A DNA stretch of 64,000 nucleotides from Albugo candida (taxonomy: Eukaryota): positions 372,001 through 436,000 of the forward strand of contig JBDOQK010000014.1 in NCBI GenBank assembly GCA_040437565.1, given 5' to 3'. Position numbers and translations under genes: made by a program. The notes beneath the pieces were generated by a model. That model searched no databases, was not told where the DNA came from, and was given only the letters and a program-made list of their open reading frames with translations. Each line of letters begins with the position of its first letter. Within the stretch, counting starts at the first letter, position 1. Positions 1 through 10,900 of the stretch are shown in pieces.

Positions 1-2996
1 TAATCTTTTGCAGGAGATTCATATGTGTCTTCTTGATCTCATACTACAAGATCGTGAAGACGAAGAGTATGTTTCCGACGTTGAACAAGAGCTAGATGAG
101 CAAGAATTGTGCCGTCATCAGCTAGAACAAACTCCTCTTTCCCTTGGTGTGCCCACGTCAAACATGCTCAACTCTTTATCGTGGCCGTCTGTTTTGTACA
201 GCTTCATTCTCTCCGTTCCTCGATTCCTCTCAAATGGATCCGCATTGCTTCGAGAAGCAACGGAGCACCTAAAGACACACGCTCACGCTGAGCTCTCGGT
301 CGAACACAAATTGGCGCTGCTCAACTTCCTCATAAGTCGAGTTTACATGACCGAAAAACTTCGCAAAGTGATTGGTAACAACACGGATCGGATGATGAAA
401 ACCATGAAAGAATACAATCGTATGATGCTTCAGGAACGTCGGATTCAAGTCGAAGAAGAAAAGCGTCTTGGCGAAAGACATCGAACGAAATTGGCAGAAT
501 TCACGGAGAAGAAGGAAGCGTTCAAATCAGAATCTCAAGACGAAGATGGGATCAAGCGAGAATTAGATATCGAAGAGGAGGAACTCGATGAGAAAGAAAG
601 AGAGGAGGAAGAGCATTTGCGAGTCCGCGAAGAAGAACTTGATGCACTCCAAGAACAAGATCAAATCTCTCGGCACACATACGTGATTGAAAAGAAGAAG
701 CTGGAGCAAGAACGGGACGAATTCTGCAAATCTCGTGAGCTAAGGCAGCAGAAACGACGATCAGCGGAGCAATTGGAACGCAAACAAGAAAGCATTAAAG
801 AAGCAATCCGTCAGAATCTCGCCAAAAGAGATATGGGAGCGCTTCGTGGGATGGTAGCCAAAGCTTCAGAATTAGGAATTCCTGAAGAGCTGTTGTTTCA
901 TGTCACGCATTTGCTGGAAGTTCGGCGATTGGAAGAAGATCGAGAAAAGACGAATGAATCGAAGCGACAGCTCTTTAAAGATGAGTTGCGTAAAAATGCC
1001 ATTCGAACGGAAGCCTTGGGTCAAGACGAATATCGATGCAAATACTGGTATTTCAAAGGGGATCCCATGCGACTATATGTCGAAGTACCCATGGAATCAG
1101 CTTCGCCCTATCAAAGCAATTGGTACTACTATTCTTCTAAGCAACAAGTGAGAGACTTGATCCAGTATTTGGATCGTAAATCTGATGAAGCTCTGAGAGA
1201 GCGATTGGAAGCTCTTTTGTCTGAGTTGCCTAGCGAAAGTCCAAGTTCTGCGATCGCCAACATGCAGAAAGAAGATCCCGCTCACCATTTCTATCGCCAA
1301 GAAAGCTTCACTCCGTCATCTTGGTCCAACACATTAAAACAATGGCCGAAATCAGTGTATCCAGAAGCAACAATTCAAGCATTACAACAAGAGCTCTTAC
1401 ATTTGCATTCATGGCTTTCTAATCGACTTGAAGATCGTGGAAGCGACTGGAAAGAGCGTCCCGTGCGCGGTCAAAAGGATTGGCTACAAATGCTCGAAAC
1501 TCCAACTTTGGAGAGCTGTGTGACTGCGCTTTTGATGCTGGAACGGGAAATATTCACACTTCAACTGCCGAAACACGTGATTCACGAGGAAGATATGGCG
1601 ATGCGCAATGGAATGGACGAAGAGGAAGAAGAAGAAGATTTTGAGATTCTCGCGGAAGAGGAGTCTGTTTTCTGGCCATCACGAACACATCGCTCACGAT
1701 GGATTCAAGCAGTACGAAATTGCGTTCACATTACGGATATTTCGTTGGCGGTGGAGACATTTGTGCGTCAATTAGCAATGTCCTATATCTCCGAACATGC
1801 ACTCACACCGCTTCCCGACGCGAAGACTAAGCGCGTACGATCGGAAAGAAGACGGCGCATCAAAGAAGAGGACGAAGAAATGGGAATTAGCGTTGAAGAA
1901 GAATCGGATTCGGAAAGGAAATTAACAAAGCGCGCTCGGAGGGATGATATGTTTCCGAGTGCGCAGAAATGTTCAGAAGAGTGGGAGGAAGAATGTTATG
2001 TGTGTCGTGAGGGAGGTCAAGTGGTTTGTTGTGATGGATGTCGGCGCGTCTTTCATCTTTCATGCTTGAATTTACGTCGACTTCCACGTGGGAAATTGTT
2101 CTGCAAGTATTGTAGTGATGGTGACGCGAAATCAGCGGAAGATAAGAATGACTTTGTGAGTGGACGCCGACAGTCGTTGCGGCGAGCGGATGGGCGACAT
2201 GATGATGATGTAGAGGGAAATGATGAAATCAGGATGGACAGTTCAAGTCGAGAACTAGAATCAGGATCCGTGGGTCCTTGGGATGTCGAATGTTTCATCT
2301 GTAAATTGTGTGGAGAGCTTCTTTGTTGCGATGGATGTCCAAGGGCATTTCACTTGTCGTGTATCAATATGAAGGTACCGTCTTGCATTTGTTACGGATG
2401 TATCCAATGACTTTTTGTTTTGTGCGTAGTCGAGGCCGCAAGAAGAATGGTTCTGTGATGAATGCGATTTGCAAACATGCGGCGTATGCGGAAGAAATAA
2501 AATCAGACTGAACTCTCATGTCATTTGCGGATCAGAAGATGGCAGCAAAGGCTGCGACCAAGTCTTCCATCTGGTAAGGTGCATTTCCCATATCGTTTAA
2601 AAGGGCTTATAGTCGCGTGTAGAAATGTGTCAAGCTGGAAAAGGTCCCAGAAGGCGACTGGTTTTGCTCCAAATGTAGAAAGATTTTGACAAACTCCTTC
2701 TACATTTGGAGNNNNNNNNNNNNNNNNNNNNNNNNNNNNNNNNNNNNNNNNNNNNNNNNNNNNNNNNNNNNNNNNNNNNNNNNNNNNNNNNNNNNNNNNN
2801 NNNNNNNNNNNTGCGGATCAGAAGATGGCAGCAAAGGCTGCGACCAAGTCTTCCATCTGGTAAGGTGCATTTCCCATCGTTTAAAAGGGCTTATAGTCGC
2901 GTGTAGAAATGTGTCAAGCTGGAAAAGGTCCCAGAAGGCGACTGGTTTTGCTCCAAATGTAGAAGGAGTTTGTCAAAATCTTTGATGACACAATAA
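1..2996 (+). CDS. DDT/WHIM-type chromatin protein with three C-terminal PHD fingers (5' end probably upstream of the window)
   Basis: ORF 8-2410 has WHIM-like segments (LSVEHKLALLNFL; RTEALGQDEYRCKYWYF) and PHD fingers CYVCREGGQVVCCDGCRRVFHLSC and CFICKLCGELLCCDGCPRAFHLSC. Intron 2375-2429 leads into a third PHD (CGVC...CGSEDGSKGCDQVFHL|KCVKLEKVPEGDWFCSKC). The stop TAA is at 2994-2996 in the post-gap copy; the last exons are duplicated across gap 2712-2811. Confidence 0.8.
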
Positions 2997-3533
2997 AGTG
3001 AAACGAACAGCGATACTGCGTCCGTGATATAACTCGAGCTTTGTCACGGTACAGTATCACCGACAGTATAGATCTCTTTACTTAATAGGAATGTTACGTC
3101 ATAACAGCGATAAATGCCTCTGCACTTCATCCACAGATGTTCCTAACCGATACATAAACGAATGATCAAGTATCTGGCCTTACAATGACTGATCTCTTTT
3201 CTTAAATGGGAGTTCGTCCATAATTTATAAGAATAAGTGCGTAGAGGTTAAGCAGTCGATTCTCACACACTGTCTATAGCGTCCGTGCGTCACGGTGTAA
3301 CACTGCTTAAAACCCCTTATCAGCAAGAAAAGGCAGGTAAGGTTTTTCGTTCTGTTCACCATTCAATCGTGTAATTGTTAATACTGCCACCTTTACGGTT
3401 TTTTTTTCAATACGATTTCTGTACATCGACCCGACCTATTTTGGATACTCACACTCTCCTCTGCGACAGAGCAAACCGATTCCCCCTCCCCTCAATAACG
3501 TCTGAAAGGGAGAACGTGTTCGTTCCTCAATTC

Positions 3534-6500
3534 ATGATGGCGACGCCGAAACTGGAAGAGAGCAATAGCGTACGTTCATCGGAGCTAGCACGCACACTTG
3601 TGTTCTCACATTGTTTTCTCTTCAGTATGCTCGTCAATTATCCGCAGCGAACGAAGAAGTTTGGCTATTTATGGGCAGAATCGCCGAACTCATGGGCGAT
3701 GATGAAAACACAATGATTGCGTATGAAAAAGTACTCACGCACAACCGTTTGAACGCGCACGCGCTATTCGCGATCGGTTGCTGTTATGAAAAGTTCGAAG
3801 ACTATACCAAGGTATACCATCCGTTCACCAAACCTATTACATAATGGTCTCATCAAGAATCAAATATTTCAATTATAGGCAGCCGATTGCTTCCGTGGTC
3901 TTGTGTCGTTAAATGAGCAGAATGCCGAAGCCTGGGGTCATTTGGGCTATTGCTGCCTCATGATGAATGATCTGACAAGTGCGCATACAGCGTATCAGTA
4001 CGCAATGTACAACAATCCGAATTCGCAAAAAGATCCGACACTTTGGTACGGAATCGGTCAATTGTACGAACGACTTGGGTCTTTGGAACACGCTCAAGAG
4101 TCATTCGAAGCGGTTTTACGTTTTGAGCCAAATTTCAACATGGCGCTAGAAGTCAAATTTCGGCTGGGAATCATTGCGAAACAACGTGGCGATTATGACA
4201 ACGCGCTGGAACGATTGAAATCTGTGCTTCATGATGTTCAGAACAGTGTTTCCACGAGTGAAATGGCGAGCGATATTTGGACCCAAATTGGACACGTATA
4301 TGAGCTCAAAGATGAGGTATAGAGAGTTCAAACCAATTTTCGACATTTCTGATGATGTATGTAGATACAATTAGCAAAAAGCTCATATCTCAAAGTTGCA
4401 GAACTCAATCCAAATAATGCGAGACCATTACAACAATTGGGCTGGCTTTGTCTGAAACACGGTGAACATGCTTTAGCGATCGAATATCTCAAGAAGGCAG
4501 TCACAATCGGTGCGTCAATTGATCCATTTGNNNNNNNNNNNNNNNNNNNNNNNNNNNNNNNNNNNNNNNNNNNNNNNNNNNNNNNNNNNNNNNNNNNNNN
4601 NNNNNNNNNNNNNNNNNNNNNNNNNNNNNNCCGTGGTCTTGTGTCGTTAAATGAGCAGAATGCCGAAGCCTGGGGTCATTTGGGCTATTGCTGCCTCATG
4701 ATGAATGATCTGACAAGTGCGCATACAGCGTATCAGTACGCAATGTACAACAATCCGAATTCGCAAAAAGATCCGACACTTTGGTACGGAATCGGTCAAT
4801 TGTACGAACGACTTGGGTCTTTGGAACACGCTCAAGAGTCATTCGAAGCGGTTTTACGTTTTGAGCCAAATTTCAACATGGCGCTAGAAGTCAAATTTCG
4901 GCTGGGAATCATTGCGAAACAACGTGGCGATTATGACAACGCGCTGGAACGATTGAAATCTGTGCTTCATGATGTTCAGAACAGTGTTTCCACGAGTGAA
5001 ATGGCGAGCGATATTTGGACCCAAATTGGACACGTATATGAGCTCAAAGATGAGGTATAGAGAGTTCAAACCAATTTTCGACATTTCTGATGATGTATGT
5101 AGATACAATTAGCAAAAAGCTCATATCTCAAAGTTGCAGAACTCAATCCAAATAATGCGAGACCATTACAACAATTGGGCTGGCTTTGTCTGAAACACGG
5201 TGAACATGCTTTAGCGATCGAATATCTCAAGAAGGCAGTCACAATCGGTGCGTCAATTGATCCATTTGCTTCCTATCAGCTCTGATCGCTCCATATAATA
5301 GACCCTCAAGATGGTAAAGGATGGTATTTGCTTGGTCGATGTTACATGGCGGTACACGAATTCGAAGAAGCTTATGATTCGTACAAGCATGCGGTTACGA
5401 CAGATCCACAGAACCCGAATGTGTGGTGCTCGTTAGGAGTTCTTTTCTATCAGTTAAACCAGCATTTGGACGCTTTGGATGCGTATTCAAGAGCGATCAA
5501 TATCAACCCAAATATCTGTGAAGTCTGGTATAATGTTGGAACTCTGTACGATACCTGTAATCAGACCAGTGATGCGCGGGACGCTTACCAAAAAGCTGCA
5601 GAACTTGGAGCGGATGCGCAATTCATTCGCGAACGATTAGATTTGTTACGTGCGCGAGAAACAGGACAATCAACCATCGGAATGGCTGGCGCGAATGCAG
5701 CTTCAGGGCCGTCAGAACCACCAACGACGTCTCCGATGCCGACATTTTCAGCTCGTACCACAGCGGAATATGTGAACCAACAAGGTGTTGTTGCTAGTTT
5801 AGGAACTAATTCGGCTGTGGGTGTTCCTGGTGTACCTCCAGGTGCTCATGTGCTTCGTGGAAATTCTGTAGAAACAGGGCACACCATCAACTCGGTAGCT
5901 GCCTCGGGTCCTCAGAATGACGGAGGAGGCAATTTAGTTTCCACGTCAGCGACAATCGGTTCTTTGCAAGGAGCATCCCTCCGAGCCGGTCTTGGGCGTA
6001 ATACTGGTTTGAATGGAGGAATGATCGCGCGTGGTGTCATGTCGGGTCTGGTACACAATCAAGGACTCCCTCAGCATACACATGCACAGCAAGGGCAAGT
6101 ACAAGCACATCACGCACAGGCTCACGCACAAGCGCAAGCTCAGGCACAAGCTCAGGCACAAGCTCAGGCACAAGCCCAGGCACAAGCTCAGGCACAAGCC
6201 CAGGCACAAGCTCAAGCGCATCATGCACAACTGGCCCAGGCGCATCATCATGTGCAATTAGCGCAGCACCAAGCACAAGTTCAAGCTCAGCATCATGCTC
6301 AGCAAGCAGATCGGCGAGGGCTTTCTGGACGATCGATAAAAGACGAGCCGAAACTGTCTTTGAGAGGTTATCCATTGGAGGGAGTCGATCGTAGTACAAT
6401 GTCAGGTCCCCCGCCCCGACTTGCAGGCCTCAATCCAAAAAATCTAGGCGCCTGTGGAGCTCCACCGCCATCTCGACGTGATCGGTTCTCACTGCCGTTG

Positions 6501-6560
6501 GCTAGTGATCAGAAGCATGGGCCCCATCCGACGCTACCGCCGCCTCCAGGGCGTCGATGA
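3534..6560 (+). CDS. TPR-repeat general transcriptional corepressor, Ssn6/Cyc8-like, with C-terminal Gln-Ala repeat
   Basis: ATG 3534; introns 3570-3625, 3812-3878, 4317-4364 and one ending 5301. Tandem TPRs (DPTLWYGIGQLYER, WYLLGRCYM, WCSLGVLFYQLNQHLDALDAYSRAININP, EVWYNVGTLYDTCNQTSDARDAYQKA) resemble Cyc8/Ssn6. 3893-4530 is repeated at 4631-5268 because of the gap. Confidence 0.85.
6129..6218 (+). repeat. Coding hexanucleotide repeat (CARGCN) encoding (QA)15
   Basis: caagcgcaagctcaggcacaagctcaggca... read directly, 90 nt, in frame with the TPR gene. Confidence 0.95.
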
Positions 6561-7581
6561 GAAGCATGTCATGGTTTGGATAGATGTAATTTTGAAGCTA
6601 TTTCCTTTCAGAAATATATCATGTGGTGAAGGTTATGCTTTCGTAGAAGAGATGGTAGATCGCCATGATTATATGGAAAATATAACAAATGACAGTGCTT
6701 CAAGCATGTGGACATTAAATTGTCTTAATGCACACAAACATGACTCGTTGATCACAGCGTTATTTGCCAAAGTAGCAAATACTGGAATACCGGCCTTAGT
6801 TGCCCGATCTTCTGCACCTTAACCTTTAAACCTCAAGTTTTTTTCTGTAGAAGACAGACAACTTTGGATGGATGCGCTTAACATGAAAAGGCATCGATCG
6901 TTAACAAACCCAACTTTTTGTAATTATGCGTTATGTAATCAGCCCCCAGCCTCCATAAATTAATGTACATCGTGGCCTTTGATTGGTCTTACTAAATGCA
7001 ACGGAATGTAAAATAATAATCGTGAAAAAAACTTCGCTTTCAGCAAATTTTGTACTTCTTGATCTAAGTCTGTATCTAAATCTACTGCTGCAGGTGTACC
7101 ATCCACCAATGCTGATCAAATCATTAACAGACAGTGATGACGAAAAACATGGGCGCAAGGATAGCCCAAGGTGAATGTCAAAAAGCCTATAAGTAAATTG
7201 AAGTTGCAGTCACTTGCAGTTAATGCCACATAGTCGCACTTACTTGCACTTGATCAGAGTCTACAAAACTTGAAAGTCTCGGTCATCACTAAGCCACTGC
7301 GGGTATTGTAGATGAGCTGCGCGCAGAAAAATGTTTCCATTACCTTCAAGAGCATAAAAACAAGCTGCAGTTTGAACTATAGCTCGCTGCTTTGCGTTTG
7401 CTGCACAGCTGGCCTCTACAGGCGAGGCAAACAGCTAAATCCATTGAGAGTAGATCACCTGCAATGAATGAATAGTCAGATAAATATGACTATTGACAGC
7501 ACAATCAGCATACAGTACGACTTACATATTGACACAGAGATTCATTTTTTGTGTACAAAATTTTTAATCTATAACTTTAAG

Positions 7582-7729
7582 CAGGGTGGGGGCTGAGTAA
7601 CGATTCCCGTGATTTTTACTTTATTTATTCTGTTATTTTTATATAAACCAATCAGAAGCCACGCTGTTCATCAATTCATGGAGGCAGGGGGCCGATTAAA
7701 GAAAAAGTGGGGGCTGCATAACGATTCCC
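7582..7729. repeat. Two direct copies of GTGGGGGCTG..TAACGATTCCC, probably a relic DNA-transposon terminus
   Basis: gtgggggctgagtaacgattccc (~7586-7608) and gtgggggctgcataacgattccc (~7707-7729). The reverse complement starts GGG like the Mutator-type TIRs later in the window; no partner end seen. Confidence 0.4.
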
Positions 7730-8034
7730 AATTGTTTTTTGCCGAGATTGTCGTGAAAGCAACGTCATTGGCTGTTATTCAACCTGAGAACTCTGTAGTG
7801 CTTGTCAAATCGCTCGTGCTGCTATCTACGTCGATTGTAATTTCAGTAAAGTATGGGCTTCTACGCCTAATTATTGGTTGAAAACTCAATTTAAACTTTT
7901 CTGGTGGTCTGCTTCAACGGTTCGAACCGTTGGTTGAGTAGCAGAGTCGACTGTTTTAAAAAAAAGCTCCCTTCAGGAAACGCACTTGAAAGCAAAAGCA
8001 AACACACATACAAAATCGATATCGTCTTATCAGA

Positions 8035-8220
8035 ATGACCAAATTCAATCCTCTTAAAGATATAATTATTGCCACCTCATTGGGTTTACTTGCCGGAACT
8101 TGGTGGAACACTTGGAAGAAAAGTGAATTAGATCGAACAACACAATTTTACAAATGGTACGAAGGACAACAGGCAATTGCTGCAACAATCAGCGCAGAGA
8201 ATGATGACGAAGATGATTGA
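8035..8220 (+). CDS. Small single-TM protein, cytochrome c oxidase subunit 5C/6C-like
   Basis: NPLKDIIIATSLGLLAGTWWNTWKKSELDRTTQFYKWYE follows the plant COX5C pattern as recalled (VVKEL.IG..LGL.AG.LWK..HW.EQRK.R.FY..LE). Confidence 0.6.
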   Translation: MTKFNPLKDIIIATSLGLLAGTWWNTWKKSELDRTTQFYKWYEGQQAIAATISAENDDEDD

Positions 8221-9016
8221 ATTGCCGGCGAAGACAGAATTCGCAATTAGCTTACCCGTTTTCAGTAGATTCCACTTACATAATATCGCTTTTTATAAAC
8301 GTGAATTTTCATTACTCTGCGAGAAACACGTATTCCACACCGGTGAGAATTGTGTGTGCACACGTAATCCGCTCGCACCATTCATTGTTACTCGACACGT
8401 GTCTCTACTTTACGTGTCTGATGCCTTTATCGACCAAGTGTTGCGTTACTGCACGTTCTGTCACTTTTGCTGTACTCAGAAAATCGCATCACAGCAGATG
8501 ATGAAAGTCTGCATTTTCCGTATTCTCCGAAAGTGATGCGCCACTCGATTATAATATCAAGGGAAATGCTCACTGTTAAAACAGTGTAAAGGCTGTGTTG
8601 TTAATCGGTAATTTGGATCGAAAGTAGTAGCACGAGCACGAGCACGTCAGCACCTGGCTTTTGAGATTAAATGCTACAATATGCAAAAGGATAAACGAAT
8701 TAACGCATCACGATGAGTTGGCAGCATGAATACCCTCAATCCGGAAGAGTCTTGCATGAGTACTTGTTGATGGCTGACCAGCGGCACAAAATATGGAAAG
8801 TCTACTGCGGTAATCATGCTGACGTTTACAACGAATTCTCGGGCTTTTCTGAATCTGATCTTATTCCTAGTCATTCAAATCATTGAAACTGACTATGCCA
8901 AATGGAACGCTCGGTAAAAACCAACTTCATGTACAGTTTTTACTACAACCCATTACATGTAGTCATCGTCTTGTAACGAAACAAGAAAATGTTGCATTTC
9001 GGTATTTGCAGTCACA

Positions 9017-10702
9017 ATGAAAGTATCTGTTCTATCGTCGAGCACATGGGCATTGGCTTCCATTCTACTCAATGTTTTCGCTTTGAAGGATTTTCAAACA
9101 CTCATACAGCCGAAAGAAATTGCATCCGAATGCGCATTAGCGACCGAAGCGAATCGAGACCCAAAGGCTCATTTTGCAAGAAGCACTCTTGTTATAGAAT
9201 TAAACGTCACTGCCGGTCGATTTGAAAGCACTTTTATCAGCTTCAATACACGTACATACAATGGTGAAATACCAGGCAAAACGATCAAAGTGTGCATGGG
9301 AGATAAGCTCATCGTGCGACTTTGGAATCTTCTTGGAGAAGGTACCTCCAATCTCACAAATTTGCATGTACACGGTATGGAAGTCACATCAAAGGGAAAC
9401 GGTGACAACGTATTTGTTCCAGTCGAGCCAGGACATCTCCGAGTATATGAGTATACTATCAACCAAAGCAGCACAACACACATCTATTACCACCCTCATG
9501 TTCATCACTTGGTGAATTCACAAATCACTGGTCTCATGGCTGGTAGCATATTCATCGTAGAAAACAAATATCATCCGTCATACCCACGTCAACTCCGAGA
9601 GATGGAAGAAGTCGTTATGATACTGCAAGGTGTCTGTTATATGAATTGCACGAATAATCGTGACAATATTCACAGCGCACTTATAAATCGATATATCTCC
9701 ACCAAACTCGAACCAAATGACCTCAATCCCGATATAAAAATTCAGCCCAGTAATTCAATGATTAAAGATCTCGGACAAGTGCACTTATTTGTAAATGGTC
9801 AATACGGTCCGACACTTCACATGTCGACGAAAAAATGTAAACGACTTCGGTTGGTCAACGCGGTTGCAAACAACATGGTGGAACTTGTAGTGCCAGGTTG
9901 TGCTATGTACGCATTGGGTGCAGACGGTATTTATCGTAACGGATCGCCAGTCAAGAAATTGGTCACAATGTTATCTCCAGGTGGTCGAAGTGATATCGCT
10001 TTGTGTTGTGAGAAGGCCGGAACGTTTTGGATGGCTTCCGATTCATCCGCCTCTCGAGTCGAGATGCTCGGCCTTGTCAATGATCATCGAGTGGCATCAC
10101 AAAAAGTCATGAAAATCGTCGTATCTGACTGCACGTTGGACACAATCAATGCAACTAGAGACTTTCATTGGAAGCTTCCATACGATACGCAGCATTTGGT
10201 TGATTTAAGGAATATTCCTGCTTCGGCAATTCCTTTGAAGAACAGATACGATTACGAACTCTCTATGGATCAGAAATCTGGTTTCCAGAGTCCAGCAGGA
10301 GTGACAAGCGCCTTCGGAATAAATCGAATGCCTTTCGAGGAGAATTATATCAACCACACAATGGTAATTGGTCAGGTACAAGAATGGCATATTTCTACCA
10401 ACATTGTTGCAAATAATTGTGGTTCAAATAGTGTGACTGGGTCACCCTGTCGACGAGTGGTTCATCCTTTCCATCTTCACGGATTCCCATTCCAAATTAT
10501 AGCGAAGAGCCAAGAACTTGATCCTGAAGACTTGCTGCATGAAATTGGGCAATATCGTGATACCGTTCTGCTACACGGTGACCAAAAACTTGTGATCCGA
10601 TTCATTCCTCCTGCGTATTCACTTGGAGATATTTTGACTCATTGTCATATCTCATCCCATTCAGATAACGGAATGGCGCAGATAGTTCGAGTCATTGAGT
10701 GA
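9017..10702 (+). CDS. Secreted multicopper oxidase (laccase/CueO-like)
   Basis: Hydrophobic N-terminus; all four Cu-binding motifs are present: NLHVHG, YYHPHVH, HPFHLHG, THCHISSHSDNGM. Intronless 561-aa ORF. Confidence 0.9.
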   Translation: MKVSVLSSSTWALASILLNVFALKDFQTLIQPKEIASECALATEANRDPKAHFARSTLVIELNVTAGRFESTFISFNTRTYNGEIPGKTIKVCMGDKLIVRLWNLLGEGTSNLTNLHVHGMEVTSKGNGDNVFVPVEPGHLRVYEYTINQSSTTHIYYHPHVHHLVNSQITGLMAGSIFIVENKYHPSYPRQLREMEEVVMILQGVCYMNCTNNRDNIHSALINRYISTKLEPNDLNPDIKIQPSNSMIKDLGQVHLFVNGQYGPTLHMSTKKCKRLRLVNAVANNMVELVVPGCAMYALGADGIYRNGSPVKKLVTMLSPGGRSDIALCCEKAGTFWMASDSSASRVEMLGLVNDHRVASQKVMKIVVSDCTLDTINATRDFHWKLPYDTQHLVDLRNIPASAIPLKNRYDYELSMDQKSGFQSPAGVTSAFGINRMPFEENYINHTMVIGQVQEWHISTNIVANNCGSNSVTGSPCRRVVHPFHLHGFPFQIIAKSQELDPEDLLHEIGQYRDTVLLHGDQKLVIRFIPPAYSLGDILTHCHISSHSDNGMAQIVRVIE

Positions 10703-10900
10703 TAGATAGCTGTGCGTTAACATCAGTGAGTAATATATAGCGATTTGTTTGCTATAGCCTGATTCTCAGCTAAAGTGCCTACTTTTTCAGTAAAAAGTGT
10801 GGCTCATTGAATCGACTCGAGTATTTGTACCAATCAACGGGAAATCTCACAGGATTCGCGATTCCAGCCACTCGTTCAGCGATCTCTGTTTGTGTCGAAA

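Noticed and set aside
2657-2711. Inverted repeat just before the first gap
   Set aside because: 2681-2711 is the reverse complement of the sequence continuing in the post-gap copy (2951-2981). This is a fold-back artefact at a contig end, not a biological hairpin.
3893-5268. Apparent tandem duplication of TPR exons
   Set aside because: Identical copies directly flank a 100-N gap, indicating an assembly overlap.
5946-6399. Alternative-frame repetitive ORFs (LCLSLC, HKLRHK, PELVP)
   Set aside because: Shadows of the QA-coding repeat.
7915-7935. GGTTCGAA as a tRNA T-loop
   Set aside because: No cloverleaf or A-box nearby; it is the centre of a palindrome.
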